Shown here piece after piece: positions 58,926 through 64,000 of a stretch of DNA of 64,000 nucleotides. Numbering within the stretch: position 1 is the first letter of the stretch; each line of letters begins with the position of its first letter. Both the position numbers and the translations under genes were made by a program. The stretch spans positions 8,596 through 72,595 of the forward strand of contig JAKSAX010000149.1 in assembly GCA_022361395.1 (NCBI GenBank), written 5' to 3'. The notes beneath the pieces were generated by a model. That model searched no databases. It saw only the letters and a program-made list of their open reading frames with translations, and was not told the DNA's origin. Source of the DNA: Desulfobacterales bacterium (lineage in GTDB: Bacteria > Desulfobacterota > Desulfobacteria > Desulfobacterales > Desulfobacteraceae).

Positions 58926-60932
58926 ATGAAAAAAATCAAGGACATCAAACTCAGCGTCAAATTGATCATCGTCGGCATGACCGCCGTACTTATTCCCATG
59001 CTCATTGTCGGATATATTTCCGTGAGTACCTCATCCCGGGCATTAATGGAATCAGGCCAGCAGTCCACGTTCAGGATTGCCCAGGACCTTGCCATTACCG
59101 CGGAACTCTTTATGACCGAAGAGATAAAATTTGCCAGGGAGCTTGCCTTGATGCCGGATGTGCAGAAAACCGTTGACCAGGTGGCTGAAAACGGGCCGGA
59201 CAATGCAATGGAACCGTTGACGGCCCTGGATGCTGTTTTCAAAAATTACTATGAAAAAATAGGGGCGGACTATGACCTGTTTTTTATCACGGACGTTTCC
59301 GGCGCCATTGTCTCGGACAGTATGAACGGGGCACTGCGGACCAAAAACGTCAACGTAGGGGACAGGGCCTATTTCAAAGATGCAAAATCAACCGGGAAAC
59401 CGGTGATCGGGCCTCCCATCAAATCCAGGGCCAGCGGTAAGTCGGTTGTGGCCATTGCCGTCCCCCTGGAAACCGGGTCGGGGGAATTTGCGGGGGTCCT
59501 CTGCTCTGTGCTGAAACTTGAGGCCCTCTCCTCAAAACTGACCACCGTGAAAATCGGGGAAACCGGTTATGCCTATATGATGAATTCGGAAGGAATTCTT
59601 ATTGCCCATCCCAATAAGGAATTTTTGTTCAAACTGAACCTGAAGACGATAAAAGGCATGGAAGAGGTCAGCCGGATGATGATAAACAAGGAGTCCGGCT
59701 ATGCCTCTTATATGTTCAAGGGGGTGAAAAAAGTAGCCGGGTTTGCCCAGGTCCCCATGACCGGCTGGAGTATCGGCGTGACCCAGGATCATTCGGAACT
59801 CATGGCGCCGGTGACAAAGATGGTTACCTATAACCTGATAGCCGGCCTCGTTGTCCTGGTTATCGTGGGCGGATTTATCTTCTTCGCCGCCCTGACCATT
59901 ATCACCCCGATTAACAAGGCGGTTGCCGGGCTCAAGGATATTTCCGAAGGCGACGGAGACCTGACCAAGCGGCTGGCTGTAAGCGGAAAGGACGAGGTGG
60001 GAATTCTCTCCTACAGGTTTAACGGGTTTGTTGACAAACTTCACACCATGATATCCGATATCACCAAAGGGGTGGAGACCCTTTCCGCTTCGTCAAACCA
60101 GCTTACCGCCATTTCCCGGGAAATGTCGTCAGGTGCGGGGCAGACCACGGAAAAGGCCGGTACCGTGGCAGCGGCATCCCAGGAGATGACTGCCAACATG
60201 ACCTCGGTCTCTGCAGCCATGACCCAGTCTTCCGCAAATATAAACACGGTTGCCGGTGCTGCGGAGGAGATGAACGCCACCATCAGTGAAATCGCCGGGA
60301 ATGCGGAAAAGGCAAGGGAGATCTCCGCCACTGCCGTTTCCAAGGTCGAGGACTCTGCCGGTAAAATGGGGGAATTGGGAGATGCTGCCCAGTCCATCGG
60401 CCAGGTGGTGGAGACCATTACCGATATTTCGGAGCAGGTAAATCTGCTATCCCTGAACGCCACCATTGAGGCGGCAAGGGCAGGAGAGGCCGGCCGCGGT
60501 TTTGCCGTGGTGGCCAATGAGATTAAGGAACTGGCAAACCAGACCTCCAATGCCTCCATGGACATCAAAAATAAAATCGACCACATCCAGGACAGTTCAT
60601 CCGCCACCCTGGGCGGCATGCAGGAGGTATCCCGGGTGATCAGCGATGTAAATGATATCGTGTCCACCATTGCCGCTGCCGTGGAAGAGCAGTCCTCTGC
60701 CGTCCGGGAAATCGCAGAAAATATCTCCCAGGCATCCACAGGCATTGAAGAGGTCAATCAGACTGTGAACGAAAGCTCCACCGCTGCCCGGGATATTTCA
60801 AACGATATCACAGAAGTCAACCAGGCATCCCGCGAGATGGCGGACCGCAGCGGGCAGGTACAGGAAAGCTCGGGCGAATTGTCAGCCCTGGCCGCCCGGC
60901 TGGACGAAATGGTGGGCCGGTTTAAGATTTAA
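58926..60932 (+). CDS. Methyl-accepting chemotaxis protein with dCache domain
   Basis: DRAYF, GETGYAY..LIAHP (dCache), [31 protein letters not shown]. Confidence 0.96.
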   Translation: MKKIKDIKLSVKLIIVGMTAVLIPMLIVGYISVSTSSRALMESGQQSTFRIAQDLAITAELFMTEEIKFARELALMPDVQKTVDQVAENGPDNAMEPLTALDAVFKNYYEKIGADYDLFFITDVSGAIVSDSMNGALRTKNVNVGDRAYFKDAKSTGKPVIGPPIKSRASGKSVVAIAVPLETGSGEFAGVLCSVLKLEALSSKLTTVKIGETGYAYMMNSEGILIAHPNKEFLFKLNLKTIKGMEEVSRMMINKESGYASYMFKGVKKVAGFAQVPMTGWSIGVTQDHSELMAPVTKMVTYNLIAGLVVLVIVGGFIFFAALTIITPINKAVAGLKDISEGDGDLTKRLAVSGKDEVGILSYRFNGFVDKLHTMISDITKGVETLSASSNQLTAISREMSSGAGQTTEKAGTVAAASQEMTANMTSVSAAMTQSSANINTVAGAAEEMNATISEIAGNAEKAREISATAVSKVEDSAGKMGELGDAAQSIGQVVETITDISEQVNLLSLNATIEAARAGEAGRGFAVVANEIKELANQTSNASMDIKNKIDHIQDSSSATLGGMQEVSRVISDVNDIVSTIAAAVEEQSSAVREIAENISQASTGIEEVNQTVNESSTAARDISNDITEVNQASREMADRSGQVQESSGELSALAARLDEMVGRFKI

Positions 60933-60991
60933 CCCAACGATAGAGAAGCCGGGAACCCCTGCGGATGCCTGCCAGATCCGCAGGGCCTCTT

Positions 60992-62701
60992 TCACGAAAC
61001 ACACCGCTCCGGACAAATGGTATGTTTACCGGTCTTATCAAGGGCTTTACGCACTGTGCCTGCCATCCGGCGCAGGTCAACGGGTTTAAAAAGCAGGTAA
61101 TCACTATTTGGCGGCTGTGTCCGGGTCCCGGACAAGGAGCCCAGGCGGCTGCTTCCCGTACACATAATCACCGGTGTCAGCGGGGAAATTGATTTAACCC
61201 GGCGGGCCAGCTGCTCACCGGTCATTTCCGGCATTGTCATGTCGGTGATGAGAATATCAAAGCCGGCGGGATTTTGCCTGAAAGTTGTAAGGGCATTCCT
61301 GCCGTTCGAACGGGAGGTTACTTTATATCCCAGCTTTTCAAGGAGTTTCCCGTTTGAATTCAATATCTCTTTTTCGTCATCAACAAAAAGGATGCTTTCG
61401 CATCCGGTGGGAATCTTCTCTCCTTTGTCCGCCTCATGTCCGGCATTTTTTTCACAAACGGGAAACAGGAGTTTAAAAGTTGTTCCGTCTCCGGGCCTGC
61501 TGTCAACCCGGATACTTCCCCTGTATTTTTTTACGATACCGTGGACCACGGCCAGTCCCATTCCGGTTCCCTCGCCCTTTTCCTTTGTGGTAAAATAGGG
61601 ATCAAATGCGCGCTTCATTGTCTCTTCATCCATTCCAGCCCCTGTATCACTGACAGCCAGTTCAAGGTAACGGCCCGGCCTCAGATCATAATAACCAATG
61701 CAGGCCTGGCCGGATAACTCCCTCTGTTTCAGACTGATTTCAAGGATGCCGCCGGTTTCTTTCATGGCATGGTAGGCATTGGTGCACAGGTTCATCAACA
61801 CCTGGTGAACCTGGGTTTGATCAGCTTTAACGGCCAGGCCTGTTTTTTCGATATCCTGTTTGATCTGGATAGTGCTCGGGAGGGTCGCAGACATGAGTTC
61901 CACGACTTCTTTAATCATATATTGCATTGGTATGACCTGGGGAATGCTGTCAGACTGCCTGCTGAAATCGAGAATATGCCTTACCAGGTCCCTGGCACGG
62001 TATGATGCCTTGAAAAGGGGCTCAAGATGCTTCCGGGCCGGACTCTTCTTTGACAGGTCATACTTCAGCAGTTCCAGGTACCCCATGATTGAAGAAAGGA
62101 TATTATTAAAATCATGGGCAATTCCGCCGGCAAGGGTTCCCACAGCCTCCAGTTTCTGGGATTGGCGGAGCTGGCTTTCAAGTTCTTTCTGGAAGCTGAT
62201 GTCACTGATGAGGATCATTTTCCCTGCCGGTGCTGAATGGCGGTCGTACAATAGCCAGGTGCGGGTCTTTGCCGGGATAAGGGAGCCGTTTTTCCGGATG
62301 AACTCTTTTTCAAATTCATCTGAAACCCCGTTTTGGAGAACCTGCTCCGACACCGTCCCCTCTTCCATGGCCCGCCATTTTTCAGGGGAAAATTCATGAT
62401 ACGCCTTCATGACCACTTCCGGTAAATCATATCCGAGAATATCTAAAAAAGCGGGATTGGCATCCTCGATAATCCCGTTCATATCCACAATCAGGATTCC
62501 CTCACGGCTGGCCTTAAATAATATATTAAAATTGTTTGCCGATCCATCCGGTTCTGTCCGGAGCAGCGGATAAGGAAGGGGCTTTCCGGAAAATCGCTCC
62601 GGCTTCCTATTAAGTCGTAAAGGAGGGTTCGCAAACATTGAATTTCTCTGTAAGATATTCATGTCATATATTGAAAATACTGCCGTGCAATAGTGCCGCA
62701 C
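60992..62701 (-). CDS. PAS-histidine kinase-REC hybrid (start uncertain)
   Basis: KLEAVGTLAGGIAHDFNN, FDPYFTTK, ILFVDD...ITDMTMP. Confidence 0.92.
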   Translation of the reverse strand: MRHYCTAVFSIYDMNILQRNSMFANPPLRLNRKPERFSGKPLPYPLLRTEPDGSANNFNILFKASREGILIVDMNGIIEDANPAFLDILGYDLPEVVMKAYHEFSPEKWRAMEEGTVSEQVLQNGVSDEFEKEFIRKNGSLIPAKTRTWLLYDRHSAPAGKMILISDISFQKELESQLRQSQKLEAVGTLAGGIAHDFNNILSSIMGYLELLKYDLSKKSPARKHLEPLFKASYRARDLVRHILDFSRQSDSIPQVIPMQYMIKEVVELMSATLPSTIQIKQDIEKTGLAVKADQTQVHQVLMNLCTNAYHAMKETGGILEISLKQRELSGQACIGYYDLRPGRYLELAVSDTGAGMDEETMKRAFDPYFTTKEKGEGTGMGLAVVHGIVKKYRGSIRVDSRPGDGTTFKLLFPVCEKNAGHEADKGEKIPTGCESILFVDDEKEILNSNGKLLEKLGYKVTSRSNGRNALTTFRQNPAGFDILITDMTMPEMTGEQLARRVKSISPLTPVIMCTGSSRLGSLSGTRTQPPNSDYLLFKPVDLRRMAGTVRKALDKTGKHTICPERCVS

Positions 62702-62755
62702 AGGAGTAGATTCTCCTTTTCAGGTAAGGTTGAATTAATTCCCCTGGGTCTATTA

Positions 62756-62857
62756 AGGGATCGCACAAAAATTAATTCACGGTCTGTTTTGCAAAACACC
62801 CAATGTTTTAAGGGTTTTTGTAAGCAGATTATGTGAAGTTATTTTTGCGCAATCCCC
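62756..62857. repeat. Full-length copy of the AGGGATCGC repeat family
   Basis: AGGGATCGCACAAAAAT pairs with ATTTTTGCGCAATCCC; aligns with 43935-44034. Confidence 0.8.
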
Positions 62858-62984
62858 AAGCAATAAATACCGGAGAATTGCATAGACTCTAATATCGACA
62901 TTTACCCTTTCTCACTTGACCGGAAAATCCGGTTTTGACAGAGACCCTTTACCAAAACCGGGATGACGATTTTCCAATGATATC

Positions 62985-63027
62985 TTGACAATTCAGGTGC
63001 GCGGTTTTATTTTATAACAAACGTTCG
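62985..63027 (+). promoter_or_regulatory. Sigma70-like promoter and possible TetR operator
   Basis: TTGACA-17-TATTTT, followed by the near-palindrome CAAACGTTCG. Confidence 0.5.
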
Positions 63028-63045
63028 AAATAAAAAAAGGAATAT

Positions 63046-63651
63046 ATGCCGAAAATTGTTGATCATGATCAGATTCGCAAGAAATTACTGGAATCCTGCT
63101 TCAGCCTTTTCAGCCAAAAAGGGTACTCAAAAACCTCTGTCAGGGAAATTGCAAAACAGGCCGGGACATCCACCGGCACCCTGTATCACTACTTTAAAAA
63201 TAAAGAGGATATCCTTGAGCAGCTTCTTGTTTATATCCGGAAAAAAAACTTCAGCCGGTATCTTGAAATGATAGAGGGCATTGAATCGGCTGAAAAGCGC
63301 CTTGAGCTGATTACCGGCTTCTGGAAAGCCCATATTGAAGAGTATCAGCATCTGATCCTGTTGGCCGTTGATTATATGCGGACCGGGCCGGGGGAAGAGA
63401 AGACCCATGGATTCCATGATTTCACGGAGTTCTATGTCCATGCCCTTTCCCGGACACTTAAGATACCCGCCCGGACGGCACAGATGCTGGTCACCTATCT
63501 GACAGGCCTTGTGCTCACCTCCCTGCTGGTGCCCGGCAGAACAGAGGAGCAGATTAACGATCTGCGCGACCTCCTGCGGCTTCAGCAGGGAAGAACCGAA
63601 ACAACAGGCCTTAAAAAACAAACCGCGACCGGTAAGGAGGAGACCAGATGA
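63046..63651 (+). CDS. TetR family regulator
   Basis: MPKIVDHD, KGYSKTSVREIAKQAGTSTGTLYHYF. Confidence 0.95.
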   Translation: MPKIVDHDQIRKKLLESCFSLFSQKGYSKTSVREIAKQAGTSTGTLYHYFKNKEDILEQLLVYIRKKNFSRYLEMIEGIESAEKRLELITGFWKAHIEEYQHLILLAVDYMRTGPGEEKTHGFHDFTEFYVHALSRTLKIPARTAQMLVTYLTGLVLTSLLVPGRTEEQINDLRDLLRLQQGRTETTGLKKQTATGKEETR

Positions 63652-64000
63652 AAGCCATTGTTTACAATCAGTATGGGACTCCCGGCGTCCTTGAGGAACA
63701 GGAACTGGAGATTCCGGCTCTTCCCCCGGATAGGGTTCTGGTTCAGGTACATGCAGCCGGTGTCAACCCCAAGGACTGCCTGGTGAGAAAGGGGAAATTC
63801 CGGCTGTTCACAAAAAAAGATTTTCCCAAACAAGCGGGTTATGATTTTTCAGGCCGGGTGGTTGAGGCCGGATTAAGGGTTGATAGTGTAAAACCGGGGG
63901 ATATTGTTTACGGAATGCTCAACGGCTGGAAAGGTGCAAGCTATGCAGAGTACCTCGTTGCCCGTCCCGGAGAACTCTCCCCCATGCCGGACAACCTGAC
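63648..64000 (+). CDS. NAD(P)-dependent quinone oxidoreductase / MDR family (5' part, truncated by window edge)
   Basis: MKAIVYNQYGTPGVL...VLVQVHAAGVNPKD...GYDFSG; AAGGAGG RBS; ATGA overlap with tetR. Confidence 0.9.
   Translation, partial: MKAIVYNQYGTPGVLEEQELEIPALPPDRVLVQVHAAGVNPKDCLVRKGKFRLFTKKDFPKQAGYDFSGRVVEAGLRVDSVKPGDIVYGMLNGWKGASYAEYLVARPGELSPMPDNL

Noticed and set aside
1-64000. tRNA, rRNA, CRISPR array, integrase, transposase or prophage; island status of the GRE locus
   Set aside because: None was recognised by eye, and no att-like repeats or mobility genes flank the GRE locus. tRNAscan and composition analysis were not run.

Overview
Chromosomal window from an anaerobic Gram-negative bacterium, most likely a Desulfobacteraceae-type sulfate reducer (inferred from gene content and porin/AOR types, not proven). 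About a third of the ~38 genes are signal-transduction genes: hybrid kinases, HD-GYP proteins, MCPs, CheW and CheR. The most interesting part is ~14.9-36.4 kb. It holds an eliminase-type glycyl radical enzyme (GCVEP / RISG motifs) with an N-terminal SCP2-like lipid-binding domain. The enzyme is transcribed divergently from an operon of sulfatase, PPIase, HupE/UreJ, DUF3604, porin, the GRE activase and a hypothetical protein. Downstream lie two tandem AraC regulators and an operon of SCP2-like protein, a catalytically dead Fe-ADH paralog, Fe-ADH, aldehyde:ferredoxin oxidoreductase, a 4x[4Fe-4S] ferredoxin and TetR. Together these suggest an undescribed anaerobic pathway for a (possibly sulfated) long-chain or lipidic substrate. 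Non-coding signals include two CAGGG-ended MITEs with 10-bp target duplications around gntR, a second ~100-bp palindromic repeat family with deletion derivatives at terminator positions, and a four-hairpin AT-rich leader at 370-640. No rRNA, tRNA, CRISPR array, transposase or prophage gene was recognised. All family calls come from motif reading only; no database searches were run.
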